This document shows positions 11,401-23,599 of a DNA stretch of 64,000 nucleotides, piece after piece. The stretch comes from Carpediemonas membranifera BICM. Taxonomy: Eukaryota > Protista > Fornicata. The translations under genes and the position numbers were made by a program. A model generated the notes under the pieces. The model did not search any database and was not told the DNA's origin. It saw only the letters and a program-made list of their open reading frames with translations. The stretch spans positions 359,505 through 423,504 of the forward strand of contig JAHDYR010000015.1 in assembly GCA_019828565.1 (NCBI GenBank), written 5' to 3'. The stretch's first letter is position 1. Each line of letters starts with the position of its first letter.

Positions 11401-12920
11401 ATCGGGAAGTAGTTCGGATCTATGAGGCGGAGCCTAAACGGCTCGGAGGGCTGCGCCTCGAGGGCTGTTGGTCCCTCGATGGCGTTGAGGACTACTGGGG
11501 AAGCCTTAGATTGCTTGATGCCCAGATACTGCGCGGCGTCCTTACGGATGATGAAGGGGAGTTGCTTGCCGCCGGTGTCCATGTCCGCGACAATAGGCTT
11601 GCCTTCAACCTCGACGAGAGTGAGATAGTCGTCGCAGTCGGGGGGGATCTCCGTGGCTATGGGTGCCTGCGGGGACTGCATGAGTAGAGTCGTGCCCTGG
11701 GCGAGCTCCTTAAGCTTGCGTTCGTCGCGAATGCGCAGGGCCTCCTTGTGCTTGGTCTTATGCTTCTCGCTTGCTCTGAGGAGGTGGATAAGTACTTGCT
11801 TGTCTGCTATCTTAGACGGGTCGGACGTGAGCTGCTTTAGGACCTCGCAGTCAGCGTTCGAGTGGCCACGCGTGAAGTGCCAGTCGCATGCTTTGTGCTT
11901 TGTCTCACGAGAGGCGTGAGGCTTCTCCTGCCTCTGAGGCTGGTGGTGCGGAGTGGCGTCTTTGCTCTTAGAGGCGCCTGGCGTCTCTTCATGGTCGATG
12001 GTTGTGGCAGTAGTGACGTAGAATCGGTCATACTTACGGATCGACGTGTCAGCCTCGACCAGGGCGGTCCGGGCCGTTGCGATAAGGTCGGTGAGTGTAG
12101 TGTCCTCTGAGGCTATGAGGTTGGACGATCCCTCGCCGAAGACTAGGGCACGACTCTCGGCGTTAGGGAAGTTCAGCCCATTCATGAGGGTCTGCTTCAG
12201 GTCTCGCTGCACGTTCGAGTCGGCCCTATCTTCGTCCACAAGTGCCAGCCCGGCGATTCTGTCGTACTGCGCGACGTAGGCCAGCGCAGAGGCGATGGTG
12301 CTCGTCCTCGATGTCCCAACCACCACCTTGGGTAGAGCGCGGAGGTGGGATAGGCTCTCTTGCGTATGGGTGTGTAACACCAGCCTCATGTATGCTAGGG
12401 TGTTGTTCGCCTGTAGGGTGAGGGCTTCGATCCGCTTAGTGGTGTCGAGGAGCTTGGCGGGTCCTTCAGTCTTGACCGCTGCGGCCAGAGTAGAGGATTG
12501 AGCGAGGAGAGCGATCTTGTTCTTTCGGTGTTCAGCCACGTCTGCATTCGTATAACCAGCGGCTAGCATCTCGGCGATGAGGTCGTCTAATATCCGAACC
12601 TCGCGCTCAGTGGCGGCGAGCTTGTGCTCACTCTCGGATTGTGACACGGCCTGGCGGTGTCTAACTAGGTAAGGTTGCGTCTCGCTCGCAAGGTAGTCGA
12701 GGAATTGGTCGCTCGACACGAACTTGTGCTTAGTGCCATCAATGGCTTCATAAGTGTAGCTCGCAGTGATCAGAGTTTGGAGCATGCTGCGAACCTCTTC
12801 TCTGCTTAGGTAGGATACCAGTAAGTCGGGTTTCTCCCTTGATCGTAGAGTACCCTTGTAGTCGTCGATAAAATTCGACCACGAGACGATACTTCGTCCC
12901 GGCGATGTAATTTGACTCAT
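8484..12920 (-). CDS. gag-pol: LTR-7 intact single-ORF gag-pol (~1478 aa from MSQITSPG)
   Basis: CDWHFTRGHSNADC knuckle variant, MDTGG protease, FVDD RT, TDAS, integrase, VRWLGYEADE chromo-like; ATG inside the element at 12918-12920. Confidence 0.9.
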   Translation of the reverse strand: MSQITSPGRSIVSWSNFIDDYKGTLRSREKPDLLVSYLSREEVRSMLQTLITASYTYEAIDGTKHKFVSSDQFLDYLASETQPYLVRHRQAVSQSESEHKLAATEREVRILDDLIAEMLAAGYTNADVAEHRKNKIALLAQSSTLAAAVKTEGPAKLLDTTKRIEALTLQANNTLAYMRLVLHTHTQESLSHLRALPKVVVGTSRTSTIASALAYVAQYDRIAGLALVDEDRADSNVQRDLKQTLMNGLNFPNAESRALVFGEGSSNLIASEDTTLTDLIATARTALVEADTSIRKYDRFYVTTATTIDHEETPGASKSKDATPHHQPQRQEKPHASRETKHKACDWHFTRGHSNADCEVLKQLTSDPSKIADKQVLIHLLRASEKHKTKHKEALRIRDERKLKELAQGTTLLMQSPQAPIATEIPPDCDDYLTLVEVEGKPIVADMDTGGKQLPFIIRKDAAQYLGIKQSKASPVVLNAIEGPTALEAQPSEPFRLRLIDPNYFPIPTTITITAHIVDTFPVACLLGKSLLRRTGMDFGPNAVTAEEPPHLHDVSNTSEMLNLFTPDETAVLPQVHDRVVGDIRAKFLLLLGTFAFIFGPLGKEPAKLPPYEIHIRESAVPVRTVRRLRSAAHTAAAAFYITQMITAGILATVTTDEGWLSPILMVPKPSADPPYRLCIDFRELNEATTAEWHRMPSPDELFEQVRGATHFAKFDLTSGFFQLSLADSSRKYTAFSHQGQTLQFTRLPFGVTNGPMVFQARMETLLKPIPHCLVFVDDILLYASSEEELLGQVESLFAALAEANIRLSPTKSIIGASEVEYLGFIVSGSGVRIDPKRLQGITDLPVPQSSKDAKHVVGVFSFIRQFIPNFVEKARPLQDLASKKHVSSDDASNSLSILKAAAANAVELAHFQPDKPVHVYTDASNVGIGASIIQDKGPIAFYSKKLSDTEARWTTVEQEMFAIVSTLSRFRSILAGSNIILHTDSRNLTFMARSETPKVARWALEVAQYSITELVHVDGCANTAADGLSRVPTLLMESLPEQLKKERFLFVHNRHHAGVETTLRLLDVAELSWPGAREDVSRYVTNCVTCAKQTNRTNVQFTPGMIQTAPPLCVVHMDLIGPIDPADQGFKYILTCIDVGTRLTRIIPLRTKEPREIIDQVKDVIISRLACPDIIQTDSGSEFCNHEFSKFCSQYGIVHHNTTPLRHEANGLVERQNREINRHLRVGISTLIDGNNRHTWRSVMQQTELNINSTPSAALGGRTPHEAAFSAALIHHQVKNGPRTAPDTSSVSQETMDRAIHTMAAIKAAQLTRKGVKDRFYPTLASQLSPGDWVLVQRDAPVPRLEFKMRGPYRVWAATEDQGYLLENPVTGKTIKRHASRLAKLQERLTVDEARKYFVQDTPHGIVDHIVKWFKRADTGMPMCQVRWLGYEADEDQDVPITELLTNDAFIQYRDSNAHFNKVCQDYLVQHARRSRH

Positions 12921-12931
12921 ATATGGACTGT

Positions 12932-12941
12932 AGAAGCTTCT
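12932..12941. promoter_or_regulatory. Palindrome at PBS position, LTR-7
   Basis: AGAAGCTTCT. Confidence 0.75.
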
Positions 12942-13671
12942 GTAGTCTCGGTGAGAGAAATCAATCAAGTGCAGTTTACCACAGAGTTCGGATCTCAGGA
13001 ATGGACAAGTCCTCGCGCTGATTGCGCCTATTCTTACATAGAGTCCAAAAAAGACCTCCAATAGCCTCAGTAGGGCTTTGTTGGCGAGTTCTCGTGCTTT
13101 CTTCTTTCGGAGCTCCCTAGAACTACACGATCGCCACGAGTAAGCTCTTAATGCAAATAACAACATCAATCGCGCCATTAGGACATCAAATGTGATGGAT
13201 TGAGGCGTTACACGGTAACGATTCCTTCAGTAGTACTGACTTGCCCGAAACATGGGTGTGCACGCACCGGTCGTCTTTTCGGTCCTAATAGACGCCAGCT
13301 ACGTGCGCCAAAGGGTGTCATCTCGGCCAGTGACCTCGCGATGGAGGTTCAATTCTGGTCATCGTGGTTGCTTACTCCGCCACACCGTCGACGCATTTTT
13401 GGGTCGCCGTCAATCCATTTGACGTCGACAAACGATGCGTATAGTTCTCTTCACGGTGTAAAAGGCTGTAGAACCTTGTGCGTTAACATTAAGAAGACTG
13501 CTTGTTGTCTTACGACGGAAGACAGTGTACTATCTCGCTGGAAGCGATGACGTTGGTCTCCAGTATGCGCTCCTCTCGCCATTCAGTATGCAAAGCATCA
13601 ATTAACAACATCATATGCTGTTTTCTAGAGGTTGTGGCTAACGAAAATGCGCAAATCAAGCAGAGCATGAT

Positions 13672-16600
13672 TTACAGACCGTCGATCTTGGCTTGCTCTG
13701 ACTCTAGGTACTCAGTGAGCGCGGCCAAGTCTTTGACGAAGCTGTAATCCTGCAGGGTGGCTTCAGAGTCCTCGAAGCCTGTCCAGTGCACCAGATAGCG
13801 GCGTCTGGACATCGGACATCTCTTGCTACCGTCGGGACCCTCTGAGCGGCTGATCCGATCGACGTACCACTCCTCGGTAGCGGCTGCGGCAAGCTCCTTG
13901 ATCTGAGTGTCGGACAAGGTGCCAGGGTTGAACCGTCGGACTCTGGCAGCGTCGACCTTGATCGTCGGGCCGTCTCTCGGCTGCGACAGGTCCTGTACAA
14001 TGTAGCCCACGGTGACACCGTCGCGCTTGACTGACTCGACTCTTCGCATTGGGCCACGCCACCCCGGCGACAGCTTATCTGGGGGTCTTTTGGCGTACTT
14101 GACGAGCACGTAGCGACTGAGGATCTCTGAGCGGGTAGAGGACGCTCTGGCGAGCGCCTCTTCACGCATAGTTGAGATCCTGGACTTAGCCAGCTGTACC
14201 GCAGCCTCGGCGGCCTTACGGTGGGACTGGGTGATGCCTGCGGAGGAAGCGTCCGTGGTATAAAGCGTCGATGGGATAGTGATGTTGGCTCCCAGCATGA
14301 TCTCGGCCGGGGACAGCCTCGTAGGGATTCTCGGCGTCGAATTGGCAATGAATCTTGCGACTGGCAGGTGTGTGAGCCAGTTGGGGTTTCTTAACTGGAA
14401 CTTACGGGCCTTAAGGATCCTCTCGACTTGTTGGTTCGCTCTTTCCACCATCCCATTGGCCTGAGGATGGTACGCGGTGGTGATATGCTGCTGGAACCCC
14501 ACCTCTTGCGATAGTCGTCGGAATAGGCCATTGTGAAACTCAGATCCGCCGTCTGACTGGAGTACTTGCGGCGCTCCATATCTTAGGACCCAGGTATTGA
14601 TAAAGGCCTCGGCTGCTTCTTTTTCCGGAGTTGCTCTTGGCAGGGACTAATTCAGTCCAGCGAGAGCACATATCTACCATGACGGTAATATACGAGTACC
14701 CGTCACAGGACGGCAAAGGACCCATCGTGTCGATTGCCACGCGTTGTAGTGGGGTGTCAACAGCTGTGTGGAGACCGTCGGGTTGGTCGACCGGCGGCCG
14801 ATCGAGGACTTGGCAGATCGGACAGTCGGATACGACCCTATCAACTGCATCGCGTGAGACTGACAGTCCTTGGCCACGGAGGCGCTCGATCGTAAGACGT
14901 CTCGACAGGTGGACGTCAGCGAACAAGTGAGCTTGGTGAATCTGTTCGGTCGTTGCTGTCTTCTTGGCCATGGCAAACACCCTAGACAAACCGTCAGCGG
15001 CACCGTTATCGAGGCCGGGAACGTGGGAGATAGTGAAATCGAGATCGGCGATAGAATCGGCCCAGCGCCTGACCTTAGCGTTGACCGACTTATACATATA
15101 GAGCAAGTTACGGTGGTCGGTCTTGATCTCGAAGCGCTCCCAGCACAAGAACTTGCGCCAGGCCTGGAGCGCGGACACAATGGCGTACGCCTCTTTTTCA
15201 CCAACACTCCACCGCGACTGTACATCATTAAATGCCTTCGATAGATAGCAGACGGGCTTGCCGTCTTGGAGGAGAACCGCTCCGTATCCCACGGCGGAAG
15301 CGTCAGTCATAACAACGTGTGGACGCGTGGCGTCGAAGATCGCGAGTGCATCCGCGGAGCAGAGGGCGGCTTTCGCGTCTTCTAGTGCTTTGGAGACGTC
15401 AGCGCTTGTAGAACTCGTCTTACCGGACATTGCATCCGTTATAGGCTTGACTCGCTCGGCGAAGAAAGGGATATGATCGCGGAAGTAGTTCAGGAACCCA
15501 TGAAGGGCCTGGAACCCTCTTGTGGACTTCGGGACTTTCAACTGTGCTATATCTTCAACACGCTGAGGTGAAATGCGAACCGTACCATTGTGGATGATCC
15601 ACCCCAAGAATTCAACTTCGGCACAGCCGAACTGGCACTTATCCCGACCCAGGTGGAGTCTCATCTTTTCGACTCGGGCCATCACTCGCTCTAGGTTATC
15701 CAGATACTCTGCCTCAGAGTCTCCCATTACAATAATGTCATCAATATAGATAATGCAGGAAGATCCGACCAGACCCTCGAACGCAGTCTCCATCGCGCGC
15801 TGGAAATAAGCCCCAGCGTTCCGCAGGCCAAACGGCATGCGAGTGTACTGATACTGTCCGAAGACAGTTCGGAAGGCCGTTAGGTGGCGACAACGCTCGG
15901 TTAGCGCGATTTGGTGGTAACCTGCGGCAAGGTCAAGAGTGGCGAAGATCCTCTTGCGACTCAATTGTGCCAAGATCTCGTCAATGCGAGGAATCGGATA
16001 GTCAAACGGCTCGGTCAAGGAGTTAATTTCCCGGAAATCGACCACGAACCGCGTCTTCTCACCCTTCTTGGGGACAACGATCGTCGGGCTAGAATAATCA
16101 GACTGACAGGCCTCTATGAAGCCTTTTGCAAGCAAGGTGTCAACGTGCTCCTTAACGATGGGGACCTTAGGAGGAGGCACGAAGTATGGACGGACGTTCA
16201 CGACCTTGTTTCCCTTGATCACCAGGTCGTAGGGGTCTAGTAGGCTAGGCGCATCACGCTCTTTGAAGTTGGAGGCGTATCGTCGAAGTATAGACGACTG
16301 TCGGTCGCGTGCCTCTTGGGACAGCTCGGACATGGCTTGTGCGATGTATTTCGTGGCCGGTGGGGTCTCACTAGAGTCCTCAGTCGGGTCGGAGGAGCTG
16401 GGAATGGCGCTTGGCAAGAGTCCGAGACTTACCATCTGAGGAAATCCGATGATGATGTCGAACGCAGTGTCTATCACGTAGGCGCGGAGAGTGAGTGTAC
16501 AACCATGAGGAGTGAACGGAGATGGATCCAGCTTGAGGGTTACTTCTACCTCGCCTTCTGCTTGACGGGTATCTCCGACGGTGTGGATTTGCGTGGGTTC

Positions 16601-17671
16601 TCTCGAGATCCATTTGCAGCGTTTCTCGTCGACTAGTCTGGGGCTTATGGTGGAACAGTTGGCACCAGAGTCGAGTAAAGAATTGGCTTTGCGCTTGCCG
16701 AGACGAGCGTTCACTACAGGGAGGTCACCCGGGGAAATCTCCTTCGGGGCATTCAGGGCCGCGACGAATTTTGAATCCGAAACAGAATGAACACACCGAC
16801 GCTGATTTACTCCCTTCTTGGTAGGGCAGTAATCGGCCAGGTGTCCTGACTTGTGGCACTTAGGGCAGAATGCCTTCGGCTCAGCGCACTTGAAAGACGG
16901 ATGCCCGGGCTTACCGCAGTTGTAGCACACGTACTGCTTCTTGGGCTTGTTCTGACGGTTGGGCTTCACTATGGGCTTCGAACCTTGGCGGTCGTGGCGC
17001 TCCGAGGGATCTTGGTGGTCACTGCGTGGCTCGCGCTCGTGAACATGTGGAGCTCTGGGACGGGCAGCAGCGGGGGAGAAGGAGTTCACCATCTCTTGCG
17101 ACTCCTGTAGGTCGCGTGACATTGCCATGACTTTCGGCATGATCGAGGGGATGTCGAGGCCTTCTGCGAGCTCCTTGACCTTGTACATGATCGTGTTGGA
17201 TCCTTGCACGCGGAAGCATCTGCAGTACGTCTCTTTGAGCACATCCTCAGGTACATCTGGATTGACTAACAGCTGGAGCGCCTTGAACTTCCGATTGACG
17301 TTATTGACCTCGACGGGGTCGAAGGTCTTGGCGCGTAGACGGAAAAGATCGAGCTGAGCGGTGGATCTGCTGGGACGCAGTACGCTGCCTAGGCGCTTGA
17401 GGATTCGTAGATCGCTGAAGTTGCGCTTTTGACGGCGGCGCTCGGTAGTTGCCATCAGTAACGGTACGTAATCATCGTCTTCGGAGTTACCGGCCTCGTC
17501 GATGCATTGCGAGACATAGTCAGCGATAGATGGATCGACGAGTTCGGAGATATCGGCCTTACCGCCGAGGGAACGGTACGTTTGGAGGTGAAGGTAAAAA
17601 TCAAGCAACGCCTTCATTGAAGGGTCGCGGAATAGCGGGGGAACCGCTTTTTCTTTGTTCTTAAATGTCAT
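13672..17671 (-). CDS. gag-pol: LTR-6 gag-pol with chromodomain; frameshift(s) near 14.5-14.6 kb
   Basis: CYNCGKPGH, LLDSGA, YIDD, TDAS, integrase, YLVHWTGFEDSEAT. Confidence 0.9.
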
Positions 17672-17682
17672 GATGAAAGGGG

Positions 17683-17694
17683 AATACTAGTATT
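17683..17694. promoter_or_regulatory. Palindrome at PBS position, LTR-6
   Basis: AATACTAGTATT. Confidence 0.8.
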
Positions 17695-17821
17695 GTGGTC
17701 TGTCAAGACTTAGAAGAACTTTTAGTAAAAGCAAAGAAGAGAGGGTTTGACCCTGCTGTGGTAAATATGGCAATAATAAATATATCAACTATGTAAACAA
17801 TGGGTAGGACCCTGACAGGAG

Positions 17822-20800
17822 ATACAGTCCTACGTATGCCAGGTGTTAGGCTTAGAGGCCCTCGAGGACGTCCCGCTTCCTCAGGGTGATCAACAGGGCG
17901 ACCAACCTTCCACAACATCACGCAAGGTCAAAGAGAGGACTATTATGCAGCGGCTCGCTGCTGCCTTGCGTCCCACCAGGAAGGAGCAATGTCTGAACCT
18001 CATCAGGCTCCGCATCGCGGCATTCACGCCACTCGAGGTTTCGAGACTGAACTCGCAGTTCAACACCTTGTTCGAGTGCCTTGACCTGGTCGAGGACGAC
18101 ACTATTCGTGAAGCATACTTGCGGGCGTTCGCCGTGAAGGGCCAGTCCCTTTACTTCAGACTGAAGGAGCAGACTGAGGGGCGCTCACTTGCTGAGACCC
18201 AGCAGTATGCCATGAAGACGGCGCGCGACGTAGTCGAGTCCGCGGAGTACCTCGCTCCGTTCGCTGAGGCCATTCATCCCGACCAGCCGCGCCGCCCGGC
18301 AGCTCCTGTGCCAGGCGCCCAACCCCAACGTGCGGACAGCCGTGACCGGCGCGACCGCCCATACGACCGTCGTGACCGCCCGTATGACCGCCACCGCCAA
18401 GATCGCCCAGACAAGCGGTCGCGCGATCGGGCTCGCCCCACCAGCACCATGCCGACCTGCTACAACTGCGGGGGCAAGGGCCATTTTAGTCCCGAGTGCC
18501 GGAAGCCCAAGGTCAAGTGCGAGAAGTGCGGGCGCGAGGGCCACAAGAGAGAGTTCTGTGACCGTATAAAGGTCCAGAACTATTCTTATTTGTCTTGTTT
18601 CGCGGCGTCTAGCAAACGCAGGGCGCAGGCTCTACCGATTGTATCCGGATCTATATACAGGACCAGCACAGAGTCGATGTTATTCGACTGTGGCGCGTCA
18701 GCAACCTTCATATCGCCGCAGGTGGCTGAGAAGTCCGGCGGAAGGATCCTGCATTGTGACCCGGTCGAGGTGACGACACCGGCTGGAGTCATCACAGTCG
18801 ACCAGACTGTTCCGATCGAAGTAACCTTTGCCAAATCAGCTCTGGTCCCCCGTGGGTGCACCTTCACTACCCGTGCGTATCTTCTACCCTCAGAGTATGA
18901 TTTAATCATTGGATACCCTGATATGGTCACCCTAGGGATCCTCCCACAGATTGACGACTGCGAGGGGTCTGACACCCAAGACGCCGAGCAGGCTGAAGAC
19001 GTCTCAACGGTCATTACTCCCCAGAAGCTGAGCCTATTCACCTTGTCTGACAAGTCATCTTCCCTTCAGGACAGACTGCTCGCGCGGTTTGACGGCCTGT
19101 TCGAGGACAGAGTAGGGCGTCCGAGTAAGCTCATCCCTTACGATCTAGTCTTGTCTGATGATGAACCCGTCTTTAGCCGCGAGTTCTTCATGCCGCCGGA
19201 GAAGAAGACACTTCTCCAGGAACACCTTGACGACCTATCCCGGCATGGCTTCATCCAGCCATCAACGTCGGCTTACTCCTCACCGGCATTCTTAGTCCCA
19301 AAGGGGAAGGACCGTACCCGCTTCGTTATCGACTTCCGTTTGGTCAACGCGAAGACTCCCCCATTCAACTACCCTATCCCGATCATAGAGGATTGCCTTG
19401 CTAGGCTTAGGGGTAATACCATCTTTGCTACGCTCGACTGCAAGGCCGGCTACCATCAGGTGGCACTGACGGACCGTTCTCGTCCTCTGACCGCCTTCGG
19501 GACTCCCCTTGGACGGTTTGAGTACACGACTATGCCCTTCGGTCTGCGTAACGCTGGTTCTCATTTCCAGTGGGCCATGGAGCAGGCTTTCTCCGACCTG
19601 ATCTCGGCAGGGAAGTGCCTTATTTACATCGATGACATTATTGTCATGGGTCGGGATGAGCCTTCGTACATAAGGAACCTATGGGACGTCCTGAAACGCT
19701 GCCAAGAGTATGACCTACACTTAGGCCGCGACAAGTGTGTCTTCGCCGCGGCTGAGGTCGAGTTCCTGGGTCGACTCGTGTCCGGAGACACCGTGAGGAT
19801 TGCCGAAGACCGCATTGACGACATTAAGAAGCTGAAACTACCGACCAGCAAGCGGTCCGCACAGGCACTCGTCGGTTTCCTCAATTATTTCCGTGACTTC
19901 GTGCCCAACTTCGCGTCCCGAGCTCATCCTCTGTTGCAGGTGTCGGCTGGCAAGGCCGAACCCGGTGGGCCGGGTCAGCAAGCGGCCCTGGGCGACGTTA
20001 TCGCCGAGCTCCTTAAGCGGGTCTCCCTCGTTCACTTCAAGACGGACGCGACACATGTCCTCATGACCGATGCCTCAGACGTGGGATGCGGCGCCGTATT
20101 ACTACAGGACGGGCAGCCGATCGCTTTCATGTCCCACGCATTCTCCGCGGTCCAGACTAGGTGGAGTACCACAGAGCAGGAAGCCTACGCAATCATCCTG
20201 GCAGTCCAGCGTTGGCGGAAATTCCTCTCGTGGACTCACTTTACCATCCGTACTGATCATCGCAACCTGCTGTTCATGGCCAAGTCCATCAACCCCAAGG
20301 TCCGTCGATGGTACGACCAACTGGCTGACCTCGATTTTACCATACGTCACGTTCCGGGGGTTGACAACGGGGCAGCAGACGGCCTCTCTCGCGTGTTCGC
20401 TAACACTCTCGATACCCAAGTCGCGGACAAGCTGCAGAAGGCGCACCACTTTGCCGGGGCCCACTTATCCGCCTGGGCGACCAAGAACCTTCTTCGAGAC
20501 TGGGGCGTGCGCGTCCGCCAGAAGGACGTGGACGACTACATCGCCAAGTGCCCAATATGCCAGTTAAGGCGTAAGCCCCCAGCCTCATCCGACGCGGGTT
20601 TGCACACCGCGGTCGAACACCCCTTCGACCGAGTGGCCATGGACACTATGTCCGCCACCCCGTGCACGGTCGACGGTACGACCTATAAGTATGTCCTCGT
20701 CGTCATAGACATGTGCTCACGTTGGACTGAGCTTGTCCCGCTCCAGACTACCCGAGCGGTCGAGACGTCTAGGGCGTTCGTCAATAACTGGGTCCTCAGG

Positions 20801-20901
20801 TATGGCGTACCAAAGGTACTGCAGACGGATGGGGGATCCCAATTCGTCAACGCGGTCTTTAACGACCTGAGTGCCCGACTCGGGTTCACGACGAGGAAGA
20901 C
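17822..20901 (+). CDS. gag-pol: LTR-5 gag-pol piece 2 (CCHC, PR, RT, RNase H, integrase)
   Basis: CYNCGGKGH, FDCGAS, YIDD, TDAS; the three pieces sum to 4020 nt, one open frame. Confidence 0.9.
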
Positions 20902-21032
20902 TGTGCTTGGTTTGGCCTTGAAGGGAACTTTCCAATTAATGGATGAGAACTGATTTACTCCTGGAAACCGCAGTGGTGAAAATGGTCAAAAACCAAAACC
21001 TTAAACTGCGCCTCACCACACTACCCTCTCTA

Positions 21033-23599
21033 TTACAGCTGAATGCCGGTCTTCGACAAGTACCGGTCGAGGGCTTCGAGGTCACGGACCTCGGCATAGG
21101 GAAGCCAGGTGTCGTCATCGGGACCGTAGCCGGCCCAGCGGACACGGAAACGGAAACGGGTCTTGGTACGACCAGAGCGGTGGTCGATGATGTCTTCGAC
21201 GGTGTATTCTTGCTCACCGGCGGCAGCGAAGGCGGTGAGGTCGTCGGGGGTGTAGTCGCCGAGGAAGGGAACGAGGCGGCGGAGATCATACGTCTCTTCG
21301 GCACGAGTTCGAAGATTCGTGAGGGTGGCGAGTGTGCCGTCGAGGGAGGCTACGGTGTAGGGGCCCATATAGATGGGGCTCAGACGAGAGGGGCCACGGG
21401 CATTGTCGGGCCTGGTGACCACAACAGCTTGGCCGACAGTGAAAGTGGTCTGGGTGACCGGACGTGGCTTAGGAACTGGCACGGCCTTGACAAGCTGTCT
21501 CTGTGCCTCAAGCAGGTTGTCGTAGTACAATGCGACGTCGCCCACCCCCTCCACCGGGTTGTGTAGCAGTACTCGGTCCGTGTCGGTGAGGTTACCGAAC
21601 ATGATGTTGGCCGGGGGTATGTTGCCGGTGGCTGCACACGGCGTGCAGTTCAGAGTGCGCTGTACAAGCGGGAGACAGGCAACCCAGTCGGCTAAATCAT
21701 CGGTCAGCTCGTTCATGGCGGCGCGGAGGTGGCGGTTCACTTCCTTGTTGCGGCGCTCGATGATGCCGTTATACTGGTGATGGTACGGGAGCGTAAAGTC
21801 GTGCTGAATGTTCAGGATGCGCGAGAGCTGAGCAAACAGGTGGGCGGTAAAGTGGGGGCCCTGATCAGAGCGAATGTGTGCCGGGCATCCGTAGCGGCCC
21901 ACCAGTTGCATGATGGCCGTGACCGCTGACTGCGCGGTGCAATCGGGCGTGGGAACTAGCTCCACGAACCGGGAGAAGCAGTCAACGGCGGCTAGGATGT
22001 GACGGAAACCGTGTTCTTCCGGGAACGGGCCAATAAAGTCCACGGCCCAGGTGTGCATGGGGTACGGTGCCATTGTGGGCTGGCGAGGGAGGTCTACACT
22101 GACCTTGGCGCGCTGTCGCGTGAGCTGGCACACCGGGCATGTACGGACTAGGGGCTTGACGTGTTTCTCGATCGCCTTGCGGGCAAACGAAGGTAGCTGG
22201 GCGGCGATCCGATCCGTCGTGATGCGGGTGCCCATGTGTCCAACACGGGCGTTGTGGCACTTGCCAAAAAGCTGCCGTACCTGGTGGGTAATGTCCACCG
22301 GGGATGCCACGCGCTGTGAGCGAATCGTCAGGCATCTGGAAAGGCAATCGGCCACCTCGTTGTTGACTCCGGCGATGTGACGGACCGTGAAGTCGTATTC
22401 GGAGAGGCGAAGGCGCCAGCGGACGAGCTTAGGCGTAGTGGTGGACTCAAGATAGGTCAAATTCCGATGGTCCGTCTCGACAACGAAGGGGTGCCCTAGG
22501 ATGAAATGCTCGAAGCTGATGATGGCATGGAACACGCCAAAGAGCTCCTGTTCGATGGTGCTCCAGCGTTGCTCGGCCTCAGTGAAACGGTGGGAGGTGT
22601 AGGCGATGACTTGTTCCTCACCGTCCTTCTCCTGCAGGAGAACACCGCCGCAACCGGCGGTGGAGGCGTCGGTACGCACGATGAGCGTCCGGGAGTAGTC
22701 GGGGTACGCGAGGATCGGTCGGCGCATGATGAGGCGCTTCACTTCCTCGAAGGCCTGCTGTTGGGCTTTGCCCCAGACGAACGGCACTTTTGCCTTGGTG
22801 AGGTCGACGATGGGCGCCAGGACCAATGCGTAGTTCGGAATAAATTCCCGCAGGTAGTTAGTCACACCCGTGAATGAGCGCACCGCCGCGACCGACGAAG
22901 GGGGCTTCATCGCGACGATAGCAGCGACGCGCTCCGGTGATGTGCGGATGCCTTTCTTCGAGATGAGGTGTCCCACGTACTCTACCTCGGTCTTCGCGAA
23001 CTGGCACTTGTCACGACCCAGACGGAACTGGTGTTGCTGGAGGCGGTCGAATACGGCGCGCGTGTTGCGATCCAGCTCTTCCTGGGTGTCCCCATGGATG
23101 ATCACGTCGTCTAGGTATACCTCACAGATGCGACCGACGAGTCCGTTGAGCACAGACATCATCATACGTTGGAAAAAGGCAGGGGCACAACGTAGACCGA
23201 AAGGGAGACGGCAGAACTCAAACAGGCCAGCGGGCGTCGCGAATGCCGTGAGAGGACGGGAGGCCGGGTCCACCGGAACCTGGTGATATCCGCTGACCAG
23301 GTCAATCGTCGTGTAGTAGTTATGGCCGGCGAGCCTACGATGCAGCTCAGCCGGGTTGCTTAGCGGGTACTGCAGGGGGACCGTTTTCTCGTTCAGGCGC
23401 CGGTAGTCAATTACCATGCGACGCTTGCCCCCGCGCTTCGGCACTGTGAAGGCGGGGGAGGCGAAAGGCGAGGTCGAGGGTTGGATAATGCCTCTGGCGA
23501 GGAGCCCATCTACCTCTGCCTTGACGGCCTCAGCTAGGGCGGGCGACATACGGCGCGGTGGAAACGGGGCGACGTCGGTGTCGGATAGGTCAATGTGGA
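21033..23599 (-). CDS. pol: LTR-8 pol (RT, RNase H, integrase, chromodomain), piece 2
   Basis: YLDD, TDAS, SDQG, YTVEDIIDHR..VRWAGYGPDDDTW. Confidence 0.92.

Larger units (their letters stand above)
8434..12983 (-). mobile_element. LTR-7: complete 4.55-kb element with 43-bp LTRs
   Basis: Identical 43-bp TG..CA repeats at 8434-8476 and 12941-12983; TSD GAGTT; PPT TAGGGGGCGA. Confidence 0.92.
7950..17817 (-). mobile_element. LTR-6: ~5.3-kb element with 124-bp LTRs, hosting LTR-7
   Basis: LTRs 7950-8073 and 17694-17817 (one mismatch seen); TSD GGAG; PPT ATGGAGGGGCAG at 8074-8085. Confidence 0.95.

Noticed and set aside
12921-13178. N-terminal extension of the 1564-aa ORF
   Set aside because: It reads through the LTR-7 5' LTR into LTR-6 sequence; chance open frame
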